64,000 nucleotides of DNA, taken from Thermodesulfobacteriota bacterium. GTDB lineage: Bacteria; Desulfobacterota; Desulfobacteria; Desulfobacterales; C00003060. A program made the position numbers and the translations under genes. The stretch spans positions 32,001 through 96,000 of the forward strand of contig JAXHVD010000012.1 of the NCBI GenBank assembly GCA_034189385.1. Reading direction: 5' to 3'. Shown piece by piece: positions 47,027 through 56,074 of this stretch; the first letter of the stretch is position 1; each line of letters begins with the position of its first letter. The notes beneath the pieces are model-generated. The model was given only the letters and a program-made list of their open reading frames with translations. It was not told the DNA's origin and made no database searches.

Positions 47027-48558
47027 GTGTCAGTGGCCAAAGACAGTTTTGACAGAATCTTCCTTGCCTCTACCCGGTCATCAAAAGGCAGAGTCCCCTC
47101 CTCCGTAATCTGGTAAGTCTCGTGCCCTTTGCCGGCAATGAGGACTGTATCTCCCCGACGGGCAGCACCCAGGCCCAAGGCGATAGCACGCCTTCTGTCC
47201 TGCTCCACAACATAGCCAGGCCCATTGAACCCCTTTGCCAATGCCATGGGGTCATACCTGCGGCTCTTCACAGTAACCATGCCGGCTAGGATGTCTTGCA
47301 GGATGGCCCCAGGGGACTCGGTACGCGGATTATCACTAGTTAGTACACAAAGGTCACAGAGCCGACCGGCGCTCACGCCCATCATGGGACGCTTGTCTCG
47401 ATCCCGGTCCCCGCCGCAACCGAATATGGCGATGAGACGGCCAGTGGTGAGTTCTTTTAGAGCCGTGAGCACGTTCTCCAGGGCATCTGGCGTATGGGCA
47501 TAGTCAACAAAAACGTGAATGCCGGCCCCGTTGGTCACGGGCTCAAGCCGGCCCGGAATCCCCTGAAGACTTTCGATGCCCCTCTTTATCGTGGCAAGAG
47601 GCAACCCCATGGCCAGGGCCACACCTGTAGCAGCCAAGACATTGTAGACATTGTGAAGGCCAATCAAAGGAGAAGCGAAATCAAAGTCCCCTTTAGGTGT
47701 CTTCACTGTGGCGGAGCCGCCCTCTAAGGTTATATGCCTATGCTCAGCACGAATCTGGGATCCCTCTGAAAGCCCCACCCTCAGGCATTTCACACCGACC
47801 TCTGAGGCAAGCTTCCTGCCCTTGTCGTCGTCCCAGTTGACAACTGCAGCGGCCTGCACCTGCTTTGATTCCGACCCCAAATACTCGAAAAAGAGCTTTC
47901 TCTTGCACTGCCAATAGACTTCCATAGCCCCGTGATAGTCCAAGTGGTCCCTTGACAGGTTGGTGAAAACCCCCACATCGAAATCACAGAAGGCTACCCG
48001 ATCTAAATCCAGGGCATGGGAAGAGACCTCGAGCACGGCGTGGGTCACGCCTCTGTTGACCATCTGACGCAGTATCTGCATCAAGTCAAGAGACTCAGGC
48101 GTGGTCACCGGATTCGAAAAAGTCTCACCTCCGAAGCGATAGTTGATGGTGCCAACGACTCCTACCTCAAAGCCAGCAGCATTTAGGATGGATTCCACCA
48201 GGTAGGCAGTGGTGGTCTTTCCGTTGGTGCCTGTGATGCCAATGACAAAGAGTTCACGGTAGGGCTCTCCGTAAAAGGCCGTGGACAAGGCAGCCAAGGC
48301 CCGCCGGGCATTTCCCACTTCTACTACACACACCGATGATGGGCCGACCCATGGTCTCTCCGTCACAATAGCTGCCGCCCCCCTCTGAACGGCATCATCA
48401 ATGAAAGCGTACCCATCAGCCTGAAATCCTGGCACTGCCACGAAGAGTCCACCAGGGGTCACACGGCGGGAATCATAGTAGATGCCTTCAATGACCTGAT
48501 CTTCCAACCTTGCCACACCTTTCACGATCAGAGCGTCAAGAAGCGAACGCAACATCAC
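47023..48558 (-). CDS. murE: UDP-MurNAc-L-Ala-D-Glu--meso-DAP ligase
   Basis: DSRRV, TGTNGKTT, TTPES, EVSSH, DYAHTPDAL, DNPR (DAP specificity), AGKGHE. Confidence 0.99.
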   Translation of the reverse strand: MMLRSLLDALIVKGVARLEDQVIEGIYYDSRRVTPGGLFVAVPGFQADGYAFIDDAVQRGAAAIVTERPWVGPSSVCVVEVGNARRALAALSTAFYGEPYRELFVIGITGTNGKTTTAYLVESILNAAGFEVGVVGTINYRFGGETFSNPVTTPESLDLMQILRQMVNRGVTHAVLEVSSHALDLDRVAFCDFDVGVFTNLSRDHLDYHGAMEVYWQCKRKLFFEYLGSESKQVQAAAVVNWDDDKGRKLASEVGVKCLRVGLSEGSQIRAEHRHITLEGGSATVKTPKGDFDFASPLIGLHNVYNVLAATGVALAMGLPLATIKRGIESLQGIPGRLEPVTNGAGIHVFVDYAHTPDALENVLTALKELTTGRLIAIFGCGGDRDRDKRPMMGVSAGRLCDLCVLTSDNPRTESPGAILQDILAGMVTVKSRRYDPMALAKGFNGPGYVVEQDRRRAIALGLGAARRGDTVLIAGKGHETYQITEEGTLPFDDRVEARKILSKLSLATDT

Positions 48559-50324
48559 CCCATGGGCACGTCCTCTCTTGACGCCGTAAAGGATCCTTTC
48601 TCCTCGGGCGTTATCAGCTCAGGAGGGATTCTCAAATATTGCAGCGTTTCTCGGGCAATCTCTCTGAATACCGGTGCCGCCACCACTCCGCCATAGTAGT
48701 GGCCCTTGGGTTCGTCTACAACCACCAGAATAACGATCTTGGGGTCTCCGACAGGGACGAATCCGACAAAGGCACTCAGGTGCTTGTCCGTCGCATATCC
48801 CTGTCCATTGGGATCAGTTTTCTGCGCTGTTCCTGTCTTTCCAGCTATCCGGTAACCTTTCAGGGCCGCCTGAACGCCGGTCCCTCCCTTGGCCACAACC
48901 CTCTCTAGCATAGCAGTCACTGCCCGTGCCGTTTCAGATGAAATAACCCGCCTGATGATCGTTGGCTCAATCCTTCTCACGAGCCGTCCTTGCCGGTCCG
49001 TCATCTCGTCAATCAGATAGGGTTTCATCAGGAATCCCTCATTGGCGATGGCAGCCACTGCCGTCGTAAGCTGCAAGGCTGAAACAGAGACACCTTGGCC
49101 GAAACAGGTGGCCAACGCGTCCATTGCTGATGAACTTCCAACAGGCTTCAGGATCCCGGATCTTTCGTATGGCCAATCAACACCGGTTCTGTCCCCAAAC
49201 CCAAAGGCTTTGAGTCTCTTGTGAAGCTCTTTGGGCCCGATCCTTTCTCCTACCTTGGCGGCTCCAATATTGCTGGAGTATTTTAGGATGTTACTAAGTG
49301 AAAGGATTCCGTAAGGATGGAGGTCGTGGATGACATGGCTTCCGACCTTGTATGCCCCATTCTCGCAGTGGAACTCGGCATCAGGCGTACAGAGCCCAGA
49401 CTCTATGGCTGCAGCTGCGAGGAATATCTTGAAAGTGGAGCCAGGCTCGAAGAAATCGGTGATTGCACGATTCCTCCAGTACCATGGTTCGTGGAGTCCA
49501 AAGGTGTTGGGGTTAAACTGAGGCACATGAGCCATAGCTAGGATAGCCCCCGTGCTGGGAACCATAACCACGGCCGTGCCTGACCTAGCTGAAAATTTCT
49601 TAATGCTATGAGACAGGGCTTGCTCAGCTATGTACTGGATGTCTTTGTCAATGGTTAAAATGAGGTTACATCCATCCCTATTCTCGATCGGTCTTGGACC
49701 CTCCGTGAACCAGTGGCCAAAGGCATCGCTGATGGCTGTCCAGCTGGTTTCCCGACCCCTTAATAAGTCGTCATAGTAGTATTCAAGCCCCTCCAAACCC
49801 TTGCCGTCAATGCCACAGAACCCGATAACCTGCGCGGCTAGGGCCTTTTGCGGATAAACCCGGCGTGACTCAGTACGAAAATCTACACCATCTAATGCCA
49901 TGTTTCTGACCGCCGACGCCTCTCTTGGACTTACATGACGCTTCACCCAGACAAAGCGTCTGCCCGAAGTAAGTCTCTGCAAGATAAGTCCTTGCTCCAT
50001 GTCCAAAACCTGAGACAGTGCTAAAGCAGTTCGTTTTGCAGAATAAGTCAGCTTGGGATAGGCACAGATAGAGGAGGCGTCAATACTGACGGCCAACTCT
50101 CTGAAGTTTCGGTCATAAATGGTTCCCCTTCTAGACGTCTTGCGAAGGGCTTTCTTGTACTGGCCTTCGGCGCGCTCACAGAGTTCAGGTCCGCTCAGAA
50201 TCTGTAACTGAACACCACGGCCTATGATGACACCAAAGCAAAGGGCCAAAATCGTGCCAACGACAACGATTCGAAAACGAATCCATTTGATGGCCCTCAT
50301 CTTTTTCCAACCGGCTGCTGTCAT
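48555..50324 (-). CDS. ftsI: Class B penicillin-binding protein FtsI/PBP3
   Basis: TM, RGTIYDRN, RRVYP, EPGSTFK (SxxK), SSN, KTGTAQK; no PASTA domain. Confidence 0.96.
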   Translation of the reverse strand: MTAAGWKKMRAIKWIRFRIVVVGTILALCFGVIIGRGVQLQILSGPELCERAEGQYKKALRKTSRRGTIYDRNFRELAVSIDASSICAYPKLTYSAKRTALALSQVLDMEQGLILQRLTSGRRFVWVKRHVSPREASAVRNMALDGVDFRTESRRVYPQKALAAQVIGFCGIDGKGLEGLEYYYDDLLRGRETSWTAISDAFGHWFTEGPRPIENRDGCNLILTIDKDIQYIAEQALSHSIKKFSARSGTAVVMVPSTGAILAMAHVPQFNPNTFGLHEPWYWRNRAITDFFEPGSTFKIFLAAAAIESGLCTPDAEFHCENGAYKVGSHVIHDLHPYGILSLSNILKYSSNIGAAKVGERIGPKELHKRLKAFGFGDRTGVDWPYERSGILKPVGSSSAMDALATCFGQGVSVSALQLTTAVAAIANEGFLMKPYLIDEMTDRQGRLVRRIEPTIIRRVISSETARAVTAMLERVVAKGGTGVQAALKGYRIAGKTGTAQKTDPNGQGYATDKHLSAFVGFVPVGDPKIVILVVVDEPKGHYYGGVVAAPVFREIARETLQYLRIPPELITPEEKGSFTASREDVPMG

Positions 50325-50611
50325 TTAAGCACAAAAATCTTGCTCGGGTCAGGTGCCTCCAAACCTCTTTCCTCAGCTATTGGCTTGATTCGCTCCCGGG
50401 ATCTCAACCAAGCCTCTTCTATTTTCAACTTACGGTGTAGTTCGGTCAGACGCTGTCTCGTTTGTCTGGCCTCTTCAATTTCGAATCCTGTCTGCACATA
50501 CTGGACCCTACACCAACTGTAGACCAGTAGTTGCGCCATGAAAATTACAATAAGTGCCACCCATATGCCCATTGATCCGCTGCGCCCCATGGTAGACTCT
50601 GGACTTTTCAT
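50321..50611 (-). CDS. ftsL: Cell division protein FtsL
   Basis: TM plus coiled coil, RI..IA...GL..P; between rsmH and ftsI. Confidence 0.88.
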   Translation of the reverse strand: MKSPESTMGRSGSMGIWVALIVIFMAQLLVYSWCRVQYVQTGFEIEEARQTRQRLTELHRKLKIEEAWLRSRERIKPIAEERGLEAPDPSKIFVLK

Positions 50612-50621
50612 TGGTTCCCCC

Positions 50622-51557
50622 CTAAATCCGTTCTACTGCCCGTAGCTTGGCACTTCGAGACATAGGATTCGCCAGGACCTCCGCCGAGTCTGGTTGCACG
50701 GGCCGTTTGGTCAAAATGCGCACTTGGGGTCTTTTGCCACAAACACAACGGGGAAAATCCCTTGGACACTCACATCCCCGGGCAAAGGCCCTGAAATGTC
50801 TCTTGACCATTCTGTCCTCAAGTGAATGAAATGATATAATGCAAAGCCGCCCCCCCATGTTTAACAGCCCCAATGCCCCCTCCAGAAAGATCCTCAAGGA
50901 TCTCAGTTCCTGATTCACCTCAATCCTTAGGGCCTGAAACGTGCGGGTTGCGGGATGAATTCGCCGGGAACGATATCGGGCTGGGATGGCCTTTTTCACA
51001 ACTTCGGCCAGATGCAAGCTCGATCGAATAGCCCCCTGGAGGCGCTCCCTCACAATGCTTCTGGCAATGCGGCCAGCCCAACGCTCTTCTCCATACCGGG
51101 CTATAAGCGTTGCAAGCTCTTTTTCTGACAGCCTGTTTACGAGCACTTCAGCCGGTTTACCTTTCTCTGGGTTCATTCGCATGTCCAAAGTTTCCTCACG
51201 CATGAAACTGAAACCGCGCATGCTCCTTTCCAATTGATACAGGGAAAGGCCTAGATCTAGCAGAATCCCGTCCACACCGGTTGTGTGCATTCGAGAAAGG
51301 ATTTCTGGGAGCTCTGTGAAATTCGCGTGAAAGATTCTAACGTTGGATTTGTACTGTTGGAGAGCTTCCCGGGCAAAGGCAACGGCCACGGGATCTTGGT
51401 CGACACCGATGAGATATCCATCTGGACCAATGGCTCGCAAAATGGCTTGGGCATGGCCTCCCCCCCCTAATGTACCATCCACGTATGTCTTGCCAGGCGA
51501 GCAGTCAAGATAGTCAATGACTTCCTTGACCATGACCGAAATATGGCGATATCGCAT
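50622..51557 (-). CDS. rsmH: 16S rRNA m4C1402 methyltransferase
   Basis: DGTLGGGGH, DLGLS, LDMRM, HPATRTFQALRIEVN, SFHSLEDR, SRSAKLR. Confidence 0.99.
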   Translation of the reverse strand: MRYRHISVMVKEVIDYLDCSPGKTYVDGTLGGGGHAQAILRAIGPDGYLIGVDQDPVAVAFAREALQQYKSNVRIFHANFTELPEILSRMHTTGVDGILLDLGLSLYQLERSMRGFSFMREETLDMRMNPEKGKPAEVLVNRLSEKELATLIARYGEERWAGRIARSIVRERLQGAIRSSLHLAEVVKKAIPARYRSRRIHPATRTFQALRIEVNQELRSLRIFLEGALGLLNMGGRLCIISFHSLEDRMVKRHFRAFARGCECPRDFPRCVCGKRPQVRILTKRPVQPDSAEVLANPMSRSAKLRAVERI

Positions 51558-51570
51558 GGCCCTGTTACCC

Positions 51571-52017
51571 TCAGAGCCCCAAAGCAGCGACCTCGTTTCT
51601 CATATCTTCTTTCTTCATATCGTTCTGGAGCTGAATATCCTGATCGAGGTATCCTTCTCTTGCCCATATCTCAAAGTGATCCAACACGCCAACTAGGACC
51701 ACCTCTTTGTTCAAGCCAGCGTACTGCCGCAGCGACGGTGGGATCAGAATACGTCCCTGCTTATCCAGCGCACATTCAAAGGCACCCCCGATGAAAATCC
51801 TCCGAAATCGCCGCATGTTCTCGCTCTTCACAGCCATGTTGAGGATGCGCTGCTCAACCTTGCTCCACTCTTCAAGGGTGTAGCACATCAGTGCTCCGTC
51901 CATTTTTGACACCATGAGCCCGTCTACGTCGCTCTCCTTCAAAGCGTCGCGAAAGCGGGCCGGTATGATCAATCGGCCTTTGGCATCCAGATTGTGGAAA
52001 GAACTGCCTCGAAACAT
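51571..52017 (-). CDS. mraZ: Transcriptional regulator MraZ
   Basis: LDAKGRLIIP and LDKQGRILIP (two DxxxR motifs), FEIW. Confidence 0.98.
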   Translation of the reverse strand: MFRGSSFHNLDAKGRLIIPARFRDALKESDVDGLMVSKMDGALMCYTLEEWSKVEQRILNMAVKSENMRRFRRIFIGGAFECALDKQGRILIPPSLRQYAGLNKEVVLVGVLDHFEIWAREGYLDQDIQLQNDMKKEDMRNEVAALGL

Positions 52018-52020
52018 GTT

Positions 52021-52092
52021 CCCACTCAACTCTACTTACCTCCACTTTGAACCACTTTTCACCCCAATATAGGCAAAAACTTAGAATGTCAA
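52021..52092 (-). promoter_or_regulatory. dcw promoter with MraZ-binding repeats
   Basis: Minus strand TTGACA...TATATT, then AGTGG/AGTGG/AGTAG/AGTGG at a 10-bp period before the mraZ start. Confidence 0.8.
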
Positions 52093-52288
52093 GTGAAAAA
52101 TATTTTCAGTGCATTCTTTTCTTAAATAATTCGAAAGTGTTAAAACTAAGCTTGCGATATGATGATAGGTGGTTCTTTGTGGTGCAAAGCTGACAAACAG
52201 GATGTAGTACGAGGGAGCCTAAGACATACTATATGAGACACAACGCCTGCCCAGAGAACCAGTACCTGGCAAACCAGAGACTCTTGAA

Positions 52289-53299
52289 CTAGTGCCGACT
52301 TGACCGGCGACGTTGATACCGGTCCACCATTATATTGTGCTCGGCCAGCGTGGAAGAAAAGTGATGGGAGCCGTCGTTCTTTGACACGAAATAGAGGTAG
52401 GGTTGCTTCGATGAATAAAGAACAGCCTCCATGGAGGCCTGCCCGGGATTTGAAATGGGCCCGGCAGGCAGGCCCGCAATGCGATAAGTATTGTACGGGG
52501 TGAAGGTTTCGAGGTCCTTGCGGGTCAAGTTCCCGTCAAAACCCTTGATGCCATAGATAACCGTCGGATCACTCTCCAGGCCCATACCGAGCCTGAGCCT
52601 ATTTAGAAACACGGCTGCAATGAGGGGCCGCTCTTCAGATTTGGCGGTCTCTTTCTCCACGATTGACGCAAGCGTAATGACCTCCTGGGTACTGAGCCCC
52701 ATTTCTCGAGCGCGCTCAGCCCATGCCGGCGTGAAGATCGAGCGGAAATGGGAAACCATTGTTCGTATGATCTTCTCGGCGGAAACCCCCTTGGCAAAGC
52801 GATAAGTCTCTGGAAAAAGATAGCCCTCAAAGGTGTCACCTTCCACCCCAAGGGCTTTTGTGAAACTGGGGTCTGACGCTTTCTCCAAAAAGGTCTCCTG
52901 TGATACAAGCCCTGCGGTTTCAAGGATCTGGCCAATCCTGAAGATCGTAGACCCTTCTGGGACAACCACTTTGTGCAAAAGCGCTTTGCCACGGACCAAG
53001 GTTTCCAATATAGCCGTAGGAGCCATAGGACTCCGGAGAAGGTATTCCCCTGCCCGGATTCGCCTCTCGTCCCCTTTAAGATAGGCAAGCCATCGAAATC
53101 TTTTCGGGTGTCGGACTATTCCGACTCTCTGCAATTGGACAACTGTCTCGGCAAAGCTCTCTCCCGGCCTTATCCAAACGGCAACCGTTGCCCCAGATGA
53201 CTGCTGGGGTGTCGTAGCGTATCGATAGAAAGAAAGACCCATCCACAGAGCTACAACACAAAAGACGGCCGCCACCACGAGGATGATGCTAGCTTTCAC
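52289..53299 (-). CDS. mltG: Endolytic transglycosylase MltG
   Basis: AGEY, VPEG, EGYLFPETY, LASIVEKE, VFLNRL, LESDPT, PYNTY, GLPAGPI, YLYFVS. Confidence 0.98.
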   Translation of the reverse strand: MKASIILVVAAVFCVVALWMGLSFYRYATTPQQSSGATVAVWIRPGESFAETVVQLQRVGIVRHPKRFRWLAYLKGDERRIRAGEYLLRSPMAPTAILETLVRGKALLHKVVVPEGSTIFRIGQILETAGLVSQETFLEKASDPSFTKALGVEGDTFEGYLFPETYRFAKGVSAEKIIRTMVSHFRSIFTPAWAERAREMGLSTQEVITLASIVEKETAKSEERPLIAAVFLNRLRLGMGLESDPTVIYGIKGFDGNLTRKDLETFTPYNTYRIAGLPAGPISNPGQASMEAVLYSSKQPYLYFVSKNDGSHHFSSTLAEHNIMVDRYQRRRSSRH

Positions 53300-53514
53300 A
53301 ACCCACTGCCCCTATATCAGACCCGTTGAAGCTGCAAGAAGTCTTACCTGAACCGGCCCTAGCATTTTTGGAAACCTCAGATATCATACAAAGACAGCTT
53401 GCCTCCCCTTTTCAAATGACGCTCTTTCCACCCACATCTAGAGACCGCACAATATTACGTAGGTGAAGTTCGGTCAAGGGTTCAGGGGCCTGGCTGCCAA
53501 GAGGAAAGCCCTTT

Positions 53515-54290
53515 TTGCCTGGCAGGCTATGCCTCGGGGTGGCGATCTGTACCTTGAGACCAAGAACGTATGCCTAGATCAGAACTACACCCAGGCCTTT
53601 AGTGTGAAGTCCGGCAAATATGTACAGATATCTGCCACAGATACAGGAATGGGCATGGGTGAGGAGACCCGGCAGAGGGTATTTGAGCCGTTTTTCACTA
53701 CCAAGGAGATGGGCGGGGGAACAGGCCTGGGTTTGGCCTCTGCTCATGGGATTATCAAGAATCACGGTGGGATCATCGACGTGTATGGCAGGCCAGGTCA
53801 GGGACCACTTTCAACATCTATCTCCCGGCCTCGGAAAAGGCCATAACAAAAAACAAGGAGCCGCTGGTAGACATATTGGGGGGCACAGAGCCCGTTCTTC
53901 TTGTGGACGACGAGGAGATGATAGTAGCTGTTGGCAGAGAGATACTAACAGCGTTAGGCTACCGTGTGATGGTAGCCCCAAGCGGCAAAAAAGCGGTAGC
54001 CCTTTACGAGAAGAACAAGGACAGGGGCGACATGGTCATCCTAGACCTGATCATGTTTGACATGGGCGGAGGCGAAGTCTATGATAGGCTGAAGGAAATC
54101 AACCCCAAGGTCAAGTGTCCTTTCAAGTGGGTACAGCATAGACGGCCAAGCAAATGAGATAATGGAAAGGGGCTGTGATGGATTTATCCAGAAACCCTTT
54201 GATATAAGTGAGGCATCGGAAAAACTAAGGGACATTCTGGGAAAAAAATGGATCTGCCTACTAGTAGCAGGCAAGATGAATCCAAGCTGA
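53515..54290 (+). pseudogene. 5'-truncated, frameshifted hybrid histidine kinase (HATPase_c + receiver)
   Basis: AWQAMP...DTGMG...FEPFFTTK...GTGLGL in one frame; TTFNIYLP...LLVDDEE...LDLIM in a second; LSSGYS...GFIQKPF in a third. Shifts near 53800 and 54115; no H-box or sensor region. Confidence 0.88.
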
Positions 54291-54322
54291 CGAAGATTAG
54301 GGTAGAAGGCTGAAAGCAATGA

Positions 54323-55087
54323 TCACAGTTGGCCCAGCATCAGCTGTATGGCCGCACTTGCTAAGCCTGTGGCCTTCGAATTTGGGTCTGACGGGTCACA
54401 GCCTCTTCGACACTCCGTCCCATCTGACTGACCGTCCCCGTCCGAATCCCTGTCCACCAGGTTAATGAGTCCGTCATTGTCATCATCGGCATCCCACTCC
54501 TCACCCCAGTAAGCCAACTCGTCGCCATCATTGAGTCCGTCACCGTCAGTATCCATTCTGTCTGGATCAGTCCCATATTCATTTATCTCATCATAGTCTG
54601 CTATTCCATCCCCGTCCCTGTCCGCTGGTATGAAAGTATAGGTTACCTCGTCAGAATATCCACTTTGATTGCCATACTCATCATAAGCGGTAGCAGCAAA
54701 GTAGTAGGTCTGGCCGTCTTCAAAACGTGATTCTGAGATGGCGCAAGTCGTATAGTCTCCCACATCAACACTCCATACATAGTCTCCACTAGATGTTCCG
54801 TAGTAAACCATATAGCCGGCGAGATCGGGCTCTGGATTGGCGCTCCATTCCAATATGACTACAGCAGAATAGGCCGAGCTAGGAATGAACATCAAGGCTA
54901 TTGGCAAAACACATGTGAAGGCTAAGGACCTGGCCAGTGCAAAGAATGGAATGAATAGCGAGAAAGGAAACACCAGGCGCAACGCGCGAGGATCAAGCAA
55001 CCGGTTGCATAAAGACACATGAGCAAGCCCTTTGTGTGAAGCCTTTTTGCCAGCTTCGTTTGTGTTTGACTCAGCAAACGCTGACAT
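54323..55087 (-). CDS. Secreted FN3-like protein with bacterial TSP3-like Ca-binding repeats
   Basis: Hydrophobic signal ending AYS; VILEW..EPDLAGYMVYYG..YYFAATAYD..GNQS; DxDGDGxxDxxE repeats; GGAGG RBS before ATG 55087. Confidence 0.85.
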   Translation of the reverse strand: MSAFAESNTNEAGKKASHKGLAHVSLCNRLLDPRALRLVFPFSLFIPFFALARSLAFTCVLPIALMFIPSSAYSAVVILEWSANPEPDLAGYMVYYGTSSGDYVWSVDVGDYTTCAISESRFEDGQTYYFAATAYDEYGNQSGYSDEVTYTFIPADRDGDGIADYDEINEYGTDPDRMDTDGDGLNDGDELAYWGEEWDADDDNDGLINLVDRDSDGDGQSDGTECRRGCDPSDPNSKATGLASAAIQLMLGQL

Positions 55088-55148
55088 CAGAGCACCTCCG
55101 TAGTTCCCTGAGCCGCGTAGACCGCAGCACTCTGGAGATGCTGAATCC

Positions 55149-55240
55149 ACCCGGCAGCCCTGCTGCCATACCCGCCTCTGGCGGCCTTAGGCCAGCGACT
55201 TTGCGTCCCACCCTTTCGGATGGTTTGCCTTTTTCGGACG
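55149..55240 (-). ncRNA. c-di-GMP-I (GEMM-I) riboswitch aptamer
   Basis: Minus strand GGCAAACCATCC-GAAA-GGGTGGGACGCAAAG...GCCTAAGG...TATGGCAGCAGGGCTGCCG: P2 with GNRA loop, tetraloop receptor and the conserved junctions; lies in the 5' leader of 54323-55087. Confidence 0.95.
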
Positions 55241-55275
55241 ATTATTCGTCTTGTTTCCCTTGTCCCTGGACATAG

Positions 55276-55291
55276 AGCAATTCCCGTGCCA
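55276..55291 (-). promoter_or_regulatory. Sigma54 promoter feeding the riboswitch leader
   Basis: Minus strand TGGCACGGGAATTGCT, consensus TGGCAC-N5-TTGC. Confidence 0.88.
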
Positions 55292-55545
55292 TCGCCACGC
55301 TTAGCGAAGGAAACCCTTTAACAGAAAGACTGTCTGCAAAACCGGGGCTGCTAGAGCAAAGATTCTGTTGGACCTTTAATCACACAACTGTAATTCGAAT
55401 TACTAAACGGTCATCTAGAACGATGCTACGGCTTAAAGAAAGGCGAGCTGAAAAAAGACCTAAACTCACAGGGTAGCCCAGCATATATATAGAAATGGGA
55501 GACCCAGTGCGTCATAGACAACTGGAATAGGAACAGGAAAAACGT

Positions 55546-55561
55546 TGGCATAAACCCTGCA
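55546..55561 (+). promoter_or_regulatory. Probable sigma54 promoter for the inhibitor-protease pair
   Basis: TGGCATAAACCCTGCA, GG-N10-GC, ~48 bp before ATG 55609. Confidence 0.6.
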
Positions 55562-55608
55562 GAGCATCTCAAGACATGAGAACAAATTGGCTAAGACAAG
55601 GGGGCATA

Positions 55609-56058
55609 ATGAGATTATTTAATGTATCAGGAAAGTTGGCTTTTCTGTTCATCGTGCTAGGCATTTTTCTGCCCTGTGAGATTGCCCAGCAAGCCGTGAA
55701 TTTCCCCAAAGCATACGCACAAGAGGAGTCCTTCAACCCGGATACCCGGGTATTCACTCTTGCCAACAACAATGATGCGGCGCCAATACGAGTAGGCGAA
55801 ACGTTTCACATCGTCCTGGAGGCGAACCCAAGCACGGGCTACTCCTGGCACGTTGGCGGGGTCGACACCTCCATTTTGCAGACAGGGAAAGTGAAGTTTC
55901 AACGCACCTCTGAACTGTTGGGAGCCCCTGAAGAGCAAATCATTCCTTTTTCTGCCTTAAAGAGTGGGAACACCACTGTAGACCTGCGCTACATGAGACC
56001 TTGGGAGAAACAGAGTCGGTTGCAGAATTACATTATAAACGTGATGGTAGCAAAATAG
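55609..56058 (+). CDS. Chagasin-family (I42) cysteine peptidase inhibitor, secreted
   Basis: Loop motifs NPSTGYSW, LLGAP and YMRPWE; N-terminal signal. Confidence 0.92.
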   Translation: MRLFNVSGKLAFLFIVLGIFLPCEIAQQAVNFPKAYAQEESFNPDTRVFTLANNNDAAPIRVGETFHIVLEANPSTGYSWHVGGVDTSILQTGKVKFQRTSELLGAPEEQIIPFSALKSGNTTVDLRYMRPWEKQSRLQNYIINVMVAK

Positions 56059-56074
56059 ACAGAGGGAAAAGAAG

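Noticed and set aside
54323..55150. Longer 275-aa start for the FN3/TSP3 gene
   Set aside because: It would begin at the riboswitch 3' end; ATG 55087 has a proper GGAGG RBS.
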